Shown here one piece after another: positions 1 to 9,033 of a DNA stretch of 64,000 nt. Position numbers and translations under genes: made by a program. The stretch spans positions 608,001 through 672,000 of the forward strand of contig NZ_JAQNDL010000004.1 in the NCBI RefSeq assembly GCF_028368995.1, written 5' to 3'. The stretch comes from Nannocystis bainbridge (GTDB lineage Bacteria; Myxococcota_A; Polyangia; Nannocystales; Nannocystaceae). Within the stretch, counting starts at the first letter, position 1; every line of letters starts with the position of its first letter. Below the pieces are notes generated by a model, which saw only the letters and a list, made by a program, of their open reading frames with translations, had not been told where the DNA came from and made no database searches.

Positions 1-1574
1 AGCGCGTGGGAGAAGCTGGCGTGTTCGCTGCTGACCGACAGGCTGGGGCTCGACTCGGTGAAGAGGTGGAGGGACAGCGGGATGGGGCCCCGCCCGGGGA
101 AGCTGACGAGGGTGTGGCCGACGGCGCTGAGCCAGACGTGGACGGGGGCCTGCGGGGCGGGGAGCTTGTTCTCGTGGGGACAGGGGACGGTGGCGCGGCG
201 GAGCGCGACGCGGTCGCTTCTCTTGTCGGGCTCGACGCGCACGAGCTCGTGGCCGAGCCGGACGAAGCCCGGCCTGCTGCGAGGGTCGGAGAAGCTGGCG
301 CCGCCGAGAGCGCCGCCGAAGAGCTGCAGCAGCGGAATTTGGGTGGCTTCCTTGCGGTAGGGGCCGCCGCCGTGGGCGGGGATCTCGAGCTGGATGTATT
401 TGAAGGTGATCGGGCCGAGAGCGAGCTCGTGGCCGATGCCGAGGGTTTGCGGGCGCTGCAGCGCGGGGAGCTTGGCGAGGGCGGCGGGGACGGCGGTGCG
501 CACGGGGGCCAGGCCGCAGGGGTCGGTGGCGGGGACGGGCGCGGGCGGGGATGTGGGGACGGCGGGGTCGATGCGCAGGCGGACGTGCAGGCGCGCGTCG
601 CTTTCGGTCTTCCAGGCGGCGCCGTCGTGGCGGGTGCCGGGGCCGGGGACGACGCGGTCGAGATAGATGAAGTGGGCGCCGACGCGGAGGCGCGGGGCGA
701 GGCCGGGGCGCGGCTCGAGCCAGTGGCGGTAGCCGAGGCTGGAGATGTCGAGGCGGGGCTGGTCGCCGCGGGCGTCGAGGCTGAACTGCAGGAACTCGCC
801 CTGGAGGTCGTAGGTGTACGTGCGGATGGCCTCGGTGCTGAGCCACAGCGAGCGTGAGGCGGTCGCGGGCGGCATGACGGCGGCGGCGGGACAGACCTCG
901 CGGGTGACGGTGACTTCGACGCGGGCGGGCGGATCGCCGGGGCCGGTGCGGAGGTCGAAGCGGTAAGGGCCGACGAAGGTGTGATGTTGCTGGTCGGGGT
1001 GCAGGTCCACGTGCGCGCCCCACGGGTCGTGCGGGCCGACCTCGGCGCGATCGATCTCGAGGGTCAGCGCGGGGCCGCGGTGGCCGGCCTTGCGGGTGCC
1101 GATCCAGGCGTCGGGGTCGTAGTGGAGCTTGGCCTTGCCGATGGTGCGCCGGTCGTCGGGGCGCAGGGTGCCCGAGCCGATGGGCACGCGACCGCGGGCG
1201 AGCTGCGGGGGCAGCTCGGTGGGCCGTTCGCCGGCTTCGCCGCAGCGGCGATCGGGCGGGATGACGGGGAGCGTGGGCGGAGCCGCGGGGACGCTCGAAG
1301 GGTGTGCTGGGCTCGACGCGGCGGGGTCGGGGACGCTCGTGGAGGCCGGGAGGTTGGTGGTCTCGGGAGCGGGGTCGACGGTGGGCGGGAGCGAGGAGGT
1401 TGATTCGGGGGTCGCTGTCGGGTCGCTGGCGGGCGTAGGACCGCTATCCGGCGAGGCGCCGGCGGGGACGGAGCCCTGCAGGTCGGAGGCGTGCTCGAGC
1501 GCGGCGGCTTCGCGTCGATCGCAGGCGCCCAGGAGCGCGAGGCCGAGGATGAGGTGACGGGGAGTCATGTTCAT
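1..1574 (-). CDS. Hypothetical lipoprotein with Pro-rich N-terminal linker (3' end runs off the window)
   Basis: The minus-strand frame starts MNMTPRHLILGLALLGAC (lipobox) at 1574 (alternative start 1568) and appears open to the window edge. The + strand ORFs 6..857 and 981..1403 are its antisense shadows. Confidence 0.7.
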   Translation of the reverse strand, partial: MNMTPRHLILGLALLGACDRREAAALEHASDLQGSVPAGASPDSGPTPASDPTATPESTSSLPPTVDPAPETTNLPASTSVPDPAASSPAHPSSVPAAPPTLPVIPPDRRCGEAGERPTELPPQLARGRVPIGSGTLRPDDRRTIGKAKLHYDPDAWIGTRKAGHRGPALTLEIDRAEVGPHDPWGAHVDLHPDQQHHTFVGPYRFDLRTGPGDPPARVEVTVTREVCPAAAVMPPATASRSLWLSTEAIRTYTYDLQGEFLQFSLDARGDQPRLDISSLGYRHWLEPRPGLAPRLRVGAHFIYLDRVVPGPGTRHDGAAWKTESDARLHVRLRIDPAVPTSPPAPVPATDPCGLAPVRTAVPAALAKLPALQRPQTLGIGHELALGPITFKYIQLEIPAHGGGPYRKEATQIPLLQLFGGALGGASFSDPRSRPGFVRLGHELVRVEPDKRSDRVALRRATVPCPHENKLPAPQAPVHVWLSAVGHTLVSFPGRGPIPLSLHLFTESSPSLSVSSEHASFSHA

Positions 1575-1588
1575 GTCGGCAGAGGGGC

Positions 1589-1725
1589 CCGGGAGCGTGG
1601 CGAGGCCGCGAGGACGTGGGGTCGGCGGCGTGTCGAGGTAGCGAGGGCGGGCGCGCGAGAGAGTGAAAGGGCGAGTTCCGGGAGCGTGACGGTCCGGGAG
1701 CGTGACGAGGCCACGAGGACGTGGG
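1589..1725. repeat. 32-bp direct repeat (2 copies plus a partial copy)
   Basis: CCGGGAGCGTGRCGAGGCCRCGAGGACGTGGG at 1589-1620 and 1694-1725 (2 mismatches); partial copy near 1678. Confidence 0.75.
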
Positions 1726-1726
1726 A

Positions 1727-1824
1727 TGGCCTCAGGGACATGCGCTTTCGAACATGTCTTCATGGACATGCATTTTGGGGCCTGCTCTTTAGAACAGGCG
1801 CTTTGGCGCATGGTCGATCGGCCA
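1727..1824. repeat. Array of seven degenerate 14-bp palindromic units (TGTCC-N4-GGACA family)
   Basis: TGGCCTCAGGGACA/TGCGCTTTCGAACA/TGTCTTCATGGACA/TGCATTTTGGGGCC/TGCTCTTTAGAACA/GGCGCTTTGGCGCA/TGGTCGATCGGCCA at an exact 14-bp period, ending 3 bp from the stop codon at 1828. Confidence 0.8.
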
Positions 1825-1827
1825 GGC

Positions 1828-3105
1828 TCAGGGCGCGGCGGGGTTGAGCAGGATGGTGACGGCGCCGGCGTCGAAGGTGGCGACGGCGAGGTCGAGGGCG
1901 GGGTTCGGGTCGAGCTGGGCGGCGTGGACGCGGACGGCGCCGGAGGGCAGCGGGATGGCCTGGGCGGGCGCGAAGCCGCCGTCGCCGTGGCCGGACCACC
2001 ACAGCAAGATCGGGCTGAGGGCGTCGACGGCGACGATGTCGAGGTGGCCGTCGCCGTCGAGGTCGTCGAGGTCGAGGGCGTGCGGCTTGAAGGGCGGGTC
2101 GATGGCGACCGAGCTGGCGTGGCTGAAGCCGCCGGCGCCGTCACCTGTCGCAAGGGACAGGCGTGCGGGGAATTGCTCGGCGGCGAGGATGTCGAGGTGG
2201 CCGTCCTCGTCGAGGTCGCCGAGGGCGGCGCCCCACGGGCGCAGGTGGGCGACCTGGGCCACGGGCTCGACGAACTGGCCGTCGGGGCGGCCGAGCACGC
2301 GCAGGAAGCCGCGCGGGGCGTCGACCTCGAACAGGAGGGCGTCGGGGACGCCGTCGCCGTCGAGCTGGCCGACGAGGAGACCGCCGGGGGCGAAGTCGGC
2401 GACAGCGCCGAGCACGGTGGTGGTGGTGGTCCAGGCGGCGGCGTCGCTGCCCCGGTGGACAGTGAGGCCGAACTTGTGGGCGCCGCGGCTGAGGGCGACG
2501 ACGTCGTTGCGGCCGTCGGCGTCGAGGTCGGCGACGACGTGGTTGCGCGGCGTGGGCGGGCTGGTCAGCGTCTTGTAGGCGGCGAACGCTGCCACCTGCC
2601 AGCGGAAGATCCGGGCGGCGTCGTCCGGCTGGGCGACCATGACATCGACGCCGGCGTGGCCGTCGAGCTGGCCGATCGCCGGGTAGGCGCTGGCGCCCTG
2701 CAGGGTGGGCGCGATGTCGGTGACGAAGCTGCCGTCGCCGCGGCCGCGCGCGACCCAGCCGGAGATCAGGGCGTCGTCGTCGAGGCCCATGACGAGCAGG
2801 TCGGTGTGGCCGTCGCCGTCGAAGTCGGCGACCTCGAGCGAGTAGGGCTCGATCGCGGGGATGAGGTCGCCGCCGCCGCTCTCGTTCGGGTCGCCGCCGG
2901 TGGACGGATCGGTGGTGGTGGGCTCGGTGGGGGACGGATCGGCGGTGGTGAGGCCGCCGGTGACTTCGCCGCCGGGGCCGCCGCCGCTGACGCCTTCGGT
3001 CGCGCTGCCGTGGCTGTCGCCGTGGCTGTCGCCGTCGGTCTCGCCGAGGGGACGCTCGGTGCAGGCGACGAGCAGCGCCAGCGCGGACGCCAGGTGAGCC
3101 CTCAT
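1828..3105 (-). CDS. FG-GAP/VCBS repeat lipoprotein
   Basis: Lipobox MRAHLASALALLVAC, a T/G/D-rich linker, and repeated DxDGDGxxD motifs (ADFDGDGHTD, DLDADGRND, DLDEDGHLD, DLDGDGHLD). Confidence 0.85.
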   Translation of the reverse strand: MRAHLASALALLVACTERPLGETDGDSHGDSHGSATEGVSGGGPGGEVTGGLTTADPSPTEPTTTDPSTGGDPNESGGGDLIPAIEPYSLEVADFDGDGHTDLLVMGLDDDALISGWVARGRGDGSFVTDIAPTLQGASAYPAIGQLDGHAGVDVMVAQPDDAARIFRWQVAAFAAYKTLTSPPTPRNHVVADLDADGRNDVVALSRGAHKFGLTVHRGSDAAAWTTTTTVLGAVADFAPGGLLVGQLDGDGVPDALLFEVDAPRGFLRVLGRPDGQFVEPVAQVAHLRPWGAALGDLDEDGHLDILAAEQFPARLSLATGDGAGGFSHASSVAIDPPFKPHALDLDDLDGDGHLDIVAVDALSPILLWWSGHGDGGFAPAQAIPLPSGAVRVHAAQLDPNPALDLAVATFDAGAVTILLNPAAP

Positions 3106-3255
3106 GGGCCCACGCTGCCACGGGCACGCGGTCGCGGCAAGCGCTGGGCCCCGGGCCCGGGGGCGTGATCGCGCGGACGCCGCGGGCCGGGCTTGCGCGC
3201 GGCCGGGCGGCGGGTTAGCAGTGGGCGAGGCCGCCCGTCGGCTGCTCGATCGGAC

Positions 3256-4221
3256 ATGAACGAAACGCCAGGTAGAGAGGGCGCGGGGGGCGGCATCCTG
3301 GGGCACGTGGGCGGCACGCCGCTGGTGCCGCTGCGCCGCCTGGGGGCCGGGCTGGCGGCGCCGGTGCTGGTGAAGTGCGAGCACCTGAACCCGGGCGGCA
3401 GCGTGAAGGACCGCATCGCGGTGGCGATCGCGGACGACGCGGAGGCGCGCGGGCGGCTGCGACCGGGGATGACGATCGTCGAGGCGACGGCGGGCAACAC
3501 GGGGGTGGGGCTGGCGTTGGTGGCGGCGGCCCGCGGGTACCGGCTGGTGTGCGTGCTGCCGGAGAAGATGTCGGCCGACAAGCGGGCGGCCCTGGCGACG
3601 CTGGGGGCAGAGGTCATCGTGACGCCGAACGCGGCGCCGTCACACCCGGACAACTTCCGCCGGGTGGCCGAACGGCTGGCGCGCGAGCGCGGGTGGTTCC
3701 TCGCCGATCAGTTCAACAACCCGGCCAACGTCGAGGTCCACGCGCGCACGACGGCGGCGGAGATCCTGGCGCAGACGGGCGGGGTCGTGGGGGCGTTCGT
3801 GGCCGGGGCGGGCACGGGCGGGACGATCACGGGGGTGGGCCGGGTGCTCAAACGGGCATGTCCGAAAGTGCAGGTGGTGCTTGCGGACCCGATCGGCTCG
3901 GGGCTGGCGCAGTGGGTGGAGACGGGCGCGATCGGGCCCGACGGGGCGTACGCGGTCGAGGGCATCGGCGCGAGCGAGCCGCCAGGGAACCTCGATCGGG
4001 CGGTGATCGACGCGGCCGAGCGGGTGAGCGACGCGGAGAGCTTCGCCACGGCGCGGCGGCTGATCGCGGAGGAGGGGCTGCTGGTCGGCGGGTCGGCGGG
4101 CACGAACGTGGCTGCCGCCCTGCGCGTGGCGGCCCGCGGCGGGCTGGCAGGGCCGGTGGTGACGGTGCTGCCCGACGCGTGGGACCGCTACCGCAGCAAG
4201 CCGTGGCTGCAGGGCGGGTGA
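3256..4221 (+). CDS. PLP-dependent cysteine synthase / cystathionine beta-synthase family protein
   Basis: KCEHLNPGGSVKDR (PLP lysine), EATAGNTG, GAGTGGT and EEGLLVGGSAG motifs. Confidence 0.92.
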   Translation: MNETPGREGAGGGILGHVGGTPLVPLRRLGAGLAAPVLVKCEHLNPGGSVKDRIAVAIADDAEARGRLRPGMTIVEATAGNTGVGLALVAAARGYRLVCVLPEKMSADKRAALATLGAEVIVTPNAAPSHPDNFRRVAERLARERGWFLADQFNNPANVEVHARTTAAEILAQTGGVVGAFVAGAGTGGTITGVGRVLKRACPKVQVVLADPIGSGLAQWVETGAIGPDGAYAVEGIGASEPPGNLDRAVIDAAERVSDAESFATARRLIAEEGLLVGGSAGTNVAAALRVAARGGLAGPVVTVLPDAWDRYRSKPWLQGG

Positions 4222-4231
4222 AGCGATAAGA

Positions 4232-4259
4232 TGACCCGGAGGACATGTCCTCGGGGTCA
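4232..4259. repeat. Two 14-bp palindromic units between convergent genes
   Basis: TGACCCGGAGGACA/TGTCCTCGGGGTCA; the final TCA is the stop codon of the minus-strand gene. Confidence 0.75.
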
Positions 4260-4940
4260 GTCGTCGTAGACGAACGGGATGTCGAGCCCGCCGATGCGCT
4301 CGCCGGTGGTGGGGTCGAAGAGCTCGGCGACGAGGTCGACGTGGCGCACGTCGGCGAGCTCCTCGAAGTAGAGGAAGCCGGTGATCCGCCCGCCGGGGCT
4401 GAGCACGCCCTCGGGCAAGGCGCGCTGAAGCAGCTCGCTGTCGGGCAGCGGGGCGTGCTGGCAGGCGGTGTAACAGTCGCCGTAGTAGTCGGGGCGGAAC
4501 GGGAAGCTGCCGCCCCACACGGACAGCGCGGGGTACCACGGCGAGAGGTAGGGGGCGAGGCCGAAGCCCATCGGCGGATAGACGAGGTCGACCGGCGCAT
4601 AGGCGACGCCGGGCACGATGACGGGCGGCAAGGCGGCGAAGCGGACCCCGGCGCGGGTGACGAGGGCGAAGTGCTCGTAGCGCAGCTCGACCGGCCGCCG
4701 ACCGCGGTTGGTGATGGTGACGAGCAGCGGGGTGACGAGCTCGCCGAGCTCGGCCGGGTAGCCGCGCCAGGCGTCGGCGATGGCGATGAGCTCGACGCCG
4801 GCGTCCTCGTCGAAGGCCGAACCGGCGAGGCCGGGGACGCGCCGCGACTCGGGGGCAGGCTCGAGGGTGCCGGCGCAGGCGAGCAGCGCGGCGCCAGCGA
4901 AGGACAGTCGACGGACGATCGCAGCGAGGTGTGGCGGCAT
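4257..4940 (-). CDS. Hypothetical lipoprotein
   Basis: Signal-like AGAALLAC, strong GC3 bias, and a Tyr/Pro-rich segment followed by LPEGVLSPGGRITGFLYF. Confidence 0.7.
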   Translation of the reverse strand: MPPHLAAIVRRLSFAGAALLACAGTLEPAPESRRVPGLAGSAFDEDAGVELIAIADAWRGYPAELGELVTPLLVTITNRGRRPVELRYEHFALVTRAGVRFAALPPVIVPGVAYAPVDLVYPPMGFGLAPYLSPWYPALSVWGGSFPFRPDYYGDCYTACQHAPLPDSELLQRALPEGVLSPGGRITGFLYFEELADVRHVDLVAELFDPTTGERIGGLDIPFVYDD

Positions 4941-5212
4941 GAGAGTCGTGCTCGCCGCAATCGTTGAGCCGATCGTCGCCGCGGCCACGCGGCGCGCGAG
5001 GCCCCGGCGGACGCAGGCGGCACGACTTCGCAAGCAGCGAGGGCAAGGGCCGCGGCGCGAGCGCGAGGGACGAATTCGGCACGGGCCGCGTCCGCGCGGC
5101 GGTGGAGGTGCGGGGCCGGCGATCGATCGCCGCGGGGCGCGGGCGCCCTCCGGACCGCTTGCTCGCCCCCGCGCCGGTGCTATCAGGCCAGGTTGCGAAA
5201 GGTCAGGCTCCG

Positions 5213-5593
5213 ATGACGACGACGACCAAGCAGCTGCCGGTGCACGAGTGGAAGACGTACTTCGACGCGTTCTCGCGCGAGCACCTGAGGCCCGCGGCGG
5301 CCGGGCTCGTGACGATCCAGATGATGTCGCCGCGGATCGGCGATCAGGTGTTCGCCGCGAACGCGCGCCTGCTCGGCATCACCTACGATCCGCACGGGAA
5401 GTTGATCGAGGTGCAGCTCGAGGGGTCCGACCACCTGGTGTTCCGACCCGCGGAGGTCTGGGTGCTCGAGGGCGATCGGGACGATGTGATCGCAACGTTC
5501 GAGCTGGTCCACAGCGACGGGGCCAAGGAGATCTTGCGAGTGCAAGGAGGCGGGCCGATCGCGCAGGTGCGGGCGGCGGGAGGATCGCGGTGA
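5213..5593 (+). CDS. DUF5335-like protein
   Basis: MTTTTKQLPVHEWKTYFDAFSR and LLGITYDP match my recollection of the DUF5335 pattern. Confidence 0.7.
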   Translation: MTTTTKQLPVHEWKTYFDAFSREHLRPAAAGLVTIQMMSPRIGDQVFAANARLLGITYDPHGKLIEVQLEGSDHLVFRPAEVWVLEGDRDDVIATFELVHSDGAKEILRVQGGGPIAQVRAAGGSR

Positions 5594-6354
5594 CGCCGGA
5601 GACGACGCGCCGGATGGCCGGGGGGGCGCTGGCGGTGTCGGCGTTCAGCGTGGCGCTGGCCCTGTTCGCGTACTGGCGCACGGGCGGCTCGCAGGACGCC
5701 GAGCGGGCGCACGCGGTGCTGCGGGCCGACATCGATTCGCTGCGCGAGAAGCAGACGGAGGCGGTGGCGTACACCCGAGCCTCGCTCGACGCGGCGTACC
5801 AGACCAGCCACGACCGCTTGACGCGGCTGCGCGAGCTGCTGCGGACGGAGAAGGATCGCGCAGAGGCGGACGCGCGGGCGCAGCTGGAGCGGGCGGAGGC
5901 CGATGCGCACGCGCTGGTGACGATGGTCGAGGCTGAGGCACGGATGGCCCGCGATGCTTCGATCGGCACGGCGGAGCAGGCGGAGCGGGCGCTGTCGTCC
6001 CGGGTGCGGGCGCTCGAGAGCCGGGTGGCGCTGCTGCGCGCGAAGCAGGAGGTGCGGCGGGCGGCCACGCTGGCGGACAACGGAAAAGTCGAGGCGGCGG
6101 CGGGGATGCTGGTGGCCGTGGCGGACCGGCTCGACGAGGCGCAAGCGCGAATGCCCCGCGAGCACGAGGTGGCGCTGTCGTCGGTGCGGGCGGCGCTGCA
6201 GGCGGCGCTGACTTCGGTGCAGGCGCAGGCGAGCGAGCGCGGCGAGCGGATCGAGGCGCTGCTGAGCCGGACGGACGCGCTGGTGCGCTCGCTCGAGGAG
6301 AGCGAGGACACAGCGGCGGGCCGGGCGGGCACGCCGGGGCGCAAGGCGTCCTGA
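5590..6354 (+). CDS. Membrane-anchored coiled-coil protein
   Basis: GTGA overlap with the upstream stop; N-terminal TM segment (ALAVSAFSVALALFAYW) followed by A/E/R-rich heptads. Confidence 0.7.
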   Translation: MTPETTRRMAGGALAVSAFSVALALFAYWRTGGSQDAERAHAVLRADIDSLREKQTEAVAYTRASLDAAYQTSHDRLTRLRELLRTEKDRAEADARAQLERAEADAHALVTMVEAEARMARDASIGTAEQAERALSSRVRALESRVALLRAKQEVRRAATLADNGKVEAAAGMLVAVADRLDEAQARMPREHEVALSSVRAALQAALTSVQAQASERGERIEALLSRTDALVRSLEESEDTAAGRAGTPGRKAS

Positions 6355-6422
6355 CAGCTGTGGCGGAAGATCGCCCGCCGAGGACGGGCGACCGCTGGCA
6401 CGCCTCGTCGAGGCGCGCGTGA

Positions 6423-6495
6423 TGTCCTCGAGGACAGGTAGTGTCGCGTGCGGGGAGCCTCACCCGCGGGCCAGGCTCGCATGTGCTCGAGGCCA
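6423..6495. repeat. 14-bp palindromic units between convergent genes
   Basis: Perfect palindrome TGTCCTCGAGGACA at 6423-6436; TGTGCTCGAGGCCA at 6482-6495. Confidence 0.7.
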
Positions 6496-6571
6496 GGTCG
6501 CGGGGCGGGCGGTCTGGCGCGTCACGCGTCCCCGAGGGGACGCGTAGGTCCTCGGAGACTGGGCGGGCGCA

Positions 6572-7468
6572 TCACTGGAAGCGCACGAACAGGCCGAAGC
6601 GCCACACGAAGCCGCGCGGGGCGAGGTCGCCGAAGTCGCTGCCGTGGGTGGCGATCGGGTCGTCGTCGGTCTGCACGTCGGGGCGGACGCGGAGCTTGCT
6701 GCGGAAGGTGTAGCCGGCCGACAGCTCGAAGCCGGCGGTGACCCGCGAGGCGCCGCGCCGGGGCAGCCATTGCTTCGGCAGGTAGAGGGCGGCGCCGGCC
6801 TGGGCGTCGGCCATGGCGAGCACGGAGCGCTGGTACGAGCCGGTGTAGGTGCTGCCCCACGAGCTCATGCCGACGGCGGCGAAGCTGGGGCCGCCGCCGA
6901 CGTGGGCGAACACGTCGAAGCCCTCGCGCACGACGAAGGCGAGGCGGAGGAAGGCCAGCGGCTCGCGCACGGTGATGTCGGTGGCGAGCGAGCTGTAGAG
7001 GTCGCTGTAGCTGCCGAAGCGGCGGAAGCTGGCGCCGCCGCCGAGGAACAGGCGGCCGTCGGCGAGGCGAAAGTCGCCGCGGATGGTGGCGCCGGCATGA
7101 AAGGCGCTGCGATCGCCGGAGTCGAAGGCGCGCCAGGCCGGGTCGCGGATGACGGTGGTGCCGATGTCGCCGCCGACGTCGAGGCGCCAGCGGATCGGGC
7201 GATCGGGCCGGGACGGCGGGCGCGTCGGCGGCGGAGGCGGCGGGCTCACGTCGGAGGGCGGCGGCGGCGGGCCGGCGACCGGCGGCGGGGCGGCCTGCGT
7301 GGGCGCGGCGACGGGCACCGGCATGGGCATCGGCGTGGGCGAGGGCGCGGGCGAAGCCGGGGCGGGCGCCCACGCCTCGACGGCGGTGGGCGCGTCGGCC
7401 GGGGCGGCGCTGCGATCGGTGGCGGCAGGGGCGAGGGCGAGGACGAGGAAGAAGCTAAGCGAGGCCAT
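6572..7468 (-). CDS. Putative outer-membrane beta-barrel protein
   Basis: Signal peptide, Pro-rich linker, alternating amphipathic strands and an aromatic C-terminal strand (FVWRFGLFVRFQ). Confidence 0.7.
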   Translation of the reverse strand: MASLSFFLVLALAPAATDRSAAPADAPTAVEAWAPAPASPAPSPTPMPMPVPVAAPTQAAPPPVAGPPPPPSDVSPPPPPPTRPPSRPDRPIRWRLDVGGDIGTTVIRDPAWRAFDSGDRSAFHAGATIRGDFRLADGRLFLGGGASFRRFGSYSDLYSSLATDITVREPLAFLRLAFVVREGFDVFAHVGGGPSFAAVGMSSWGSTYTGSYQRSVLAMADAQAGAALYLPKQWLPRRGASRVTAGFELSAGYTFRSKLRVRPDVQTDDDPIATHGSDFGDLAPRGFVWRFGLFVRFQ

Positions 7469-7471
7469 GAC

Positions 7472-9031
7472 TCACTCCTGATCGAGCACGCCCTGCAGCA
7501 GGAAGCCCCAGTGCACGTGGCTGGTGGATCGCGACGGGTCGGCCGGATCGACGATGGTGAGGTGACCGGCGGGGTCGTCGTGGGTGACGACGATCCGGTC
7601 GGGGCCGGGGAGGTAATGGAAGGCGCCGATGAGGTCGTCGAGCAGCATCGACTCGGGGTTCAAGGTCTGGAGGTCGACGGTGCTGACCCACTCCTGGCCG
7701 GCGGTGCCGAGCAGCAGGCGATCGCCGACGAGGGCGCTGCCGCGAGGGTCGTAGCGGACCTGCGAGGTCAACGGGGTGACCTGTTCTTCGGGGAAGGCGA
7801 CGACGTAGAGCTTGTTGCCGCTGCCGATGAGGACGCGGTCGTTGTCGAGGACGACCAGTTGGTCGATGCCGGTCTCGATCTTGAGGTGCTTGGGCTTGCG
7901 GCCGAGGCTGTCCTCGATGCCGCCGAGATCGAGGGTGCCGATCTGGGTGCCGCCGCGGGCCCACACGACGGCCTGCTTGCGCAGCTCGCCGCCGGACTCG
8001 ATGTCGCGCAGGAACACGTTCTGGGCGGCGCTGCCGAGCGGGACGGCGAAGCCGCCCTGGGTGCGGATGTCGGTGAAGACCAGCGCGGCGGCGGCAGGAT
8101 CGACGGTGATGAGATAGGGGACGCTGGCGCTGTCGTAGAAGAGGAAGTCGCTGCTGGCCTGGCCGACCGGGATGAGGCTGATCTGGGCGGTGAAGCCGGT
8201 GCCGTCGCTCTCGGCGACGAGGGTGAGCATGCCGACCTCGCTGCCGCCGGCGGGCAGCACGAACAGGGCCGGGTCGCCGAACAGGTCGTTGCCGGGCCGC
8301 AGGAGGGTGGTCTTGGGCGAGAAGCCGATGTCGCTGCCGAGCGGGATGGCGACCTGGTCGAGCGCGGGGTCGTCCATGTCCATCAACACGACCTCGCTGT
8401 CGGCGAGGAAGGCGGCGATGTCGTGGGCGACGCCGCCGATGACGATCGGGGTCGGCTCGCCCTCGACGATCTGGCCGGGGAACTCGACGGTCTTGAGGGT
8501 GCCGCCGAAGCCGTTGAGGGTGACGTTCTCGACGGCCTTGCCGCCGAGGTCGACGATGGCGATCTGGTTGGCGTTGTGGAGCTGCTCGGAGCTGCCGTCG
8601 CGGCCGAAGAAGAGGATGGCGCGCCGATGATCGGGGCTGAGCGCGAGCGAGGTGAAGGGGGCGCGCACGTCGTAGACGACGGGCTCGCCGTCGCCGTCGC
8701 CGGCGAAGCGGTAGAGCTGCTCGTCGATGTCCTCCTCCTTGGCGCTGGCGGGGATGGTGAGCGCGAGCACGGACTCTTGATCGCGGGTGGCGGCGCTCCA
8801 GGCGACGACGGTGTGCTCGTCGCCGATGGCGGCCCGCCGGGTGGTGACGGTCTCGCCCTTGGGCATGACGAACACGACCTCGTCGCGCGCGGGGTCGACC
8901 CATACGAGGCTGTCACGGGTGGTGACGGGCGGGAGCAGGTCGAAGCCGCCGGCGTAAGGGTTGGGCGGGGCGCAGGCGCCGGCGAGCAGCGCGAGGCCGA
9001 GGACGGGAAATAAGCGAAGCGGTGGTTGCAT
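7472..9031 (-). CDS. Lipoprotein, probable beta-propeller
   Basis: Lipobox LALLAGAC and beta-rich repeats (LALSPDHRRAILF). The ATG at 9031 lies just after the native stop (9034) of the upstream paralog. Confidence 0.75.
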   Translation of the reverse strand: MQPPLRLFPVLGLALLAGACAPPNPYAGGFDLLPPVTTRDSLVWVDPARDEVVFVMPKGETVTTRRAAIGDEHTVVAWSAATRDQESVLALTIPASAKEEDIDEQLYRFAGDGDGEPVVYDVRAPFTSLALSPDHRRAILFFGRDGSSEQLHNANQIAIVDLGGKAVENVTLNGFGGTLKTVEFPGQIVEGEPTPIVIGGVAHDIAAFLADSEVVLMDMDDPALDQVAIPLGSDIGFSPKTTLLRPGNDLFGDPALFVLPAGGSEVGMLTLVAESDGTGFTAQISLIPVGQASSDFLFYDSASVPYLITVDPAAAALVFTDIRTQGGFAVPLGSAAQNVFLRDIESGGELRKQAVVWARGGTQIGTLDLGGIEDSLGRKPKHLKIETGIDQLVVLDNDRVLIGSGNKLYVVAFPEEQVTPLTSQVRYDPRGSALVGDRLLLGTAGQEWVSTVDLQTLNPESMLLDDLIGAFHYLPGPDRIVVTHDDPAGHLTIVDPADPSRSTSHVHWGFLLQGVLDQE

Positions 9032-9033
9032 GG

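Noticed and set aside
6423-6436. Element as parS or a CRP/MrpC-type site
   Set aside because: parS and CRP-family sites are 16-bp dyads (TGT-N10-ACA spacing). This one is TGT-N8-ACA, and its density and 3'/intragenic placement do not fit a normal promoter regulon.
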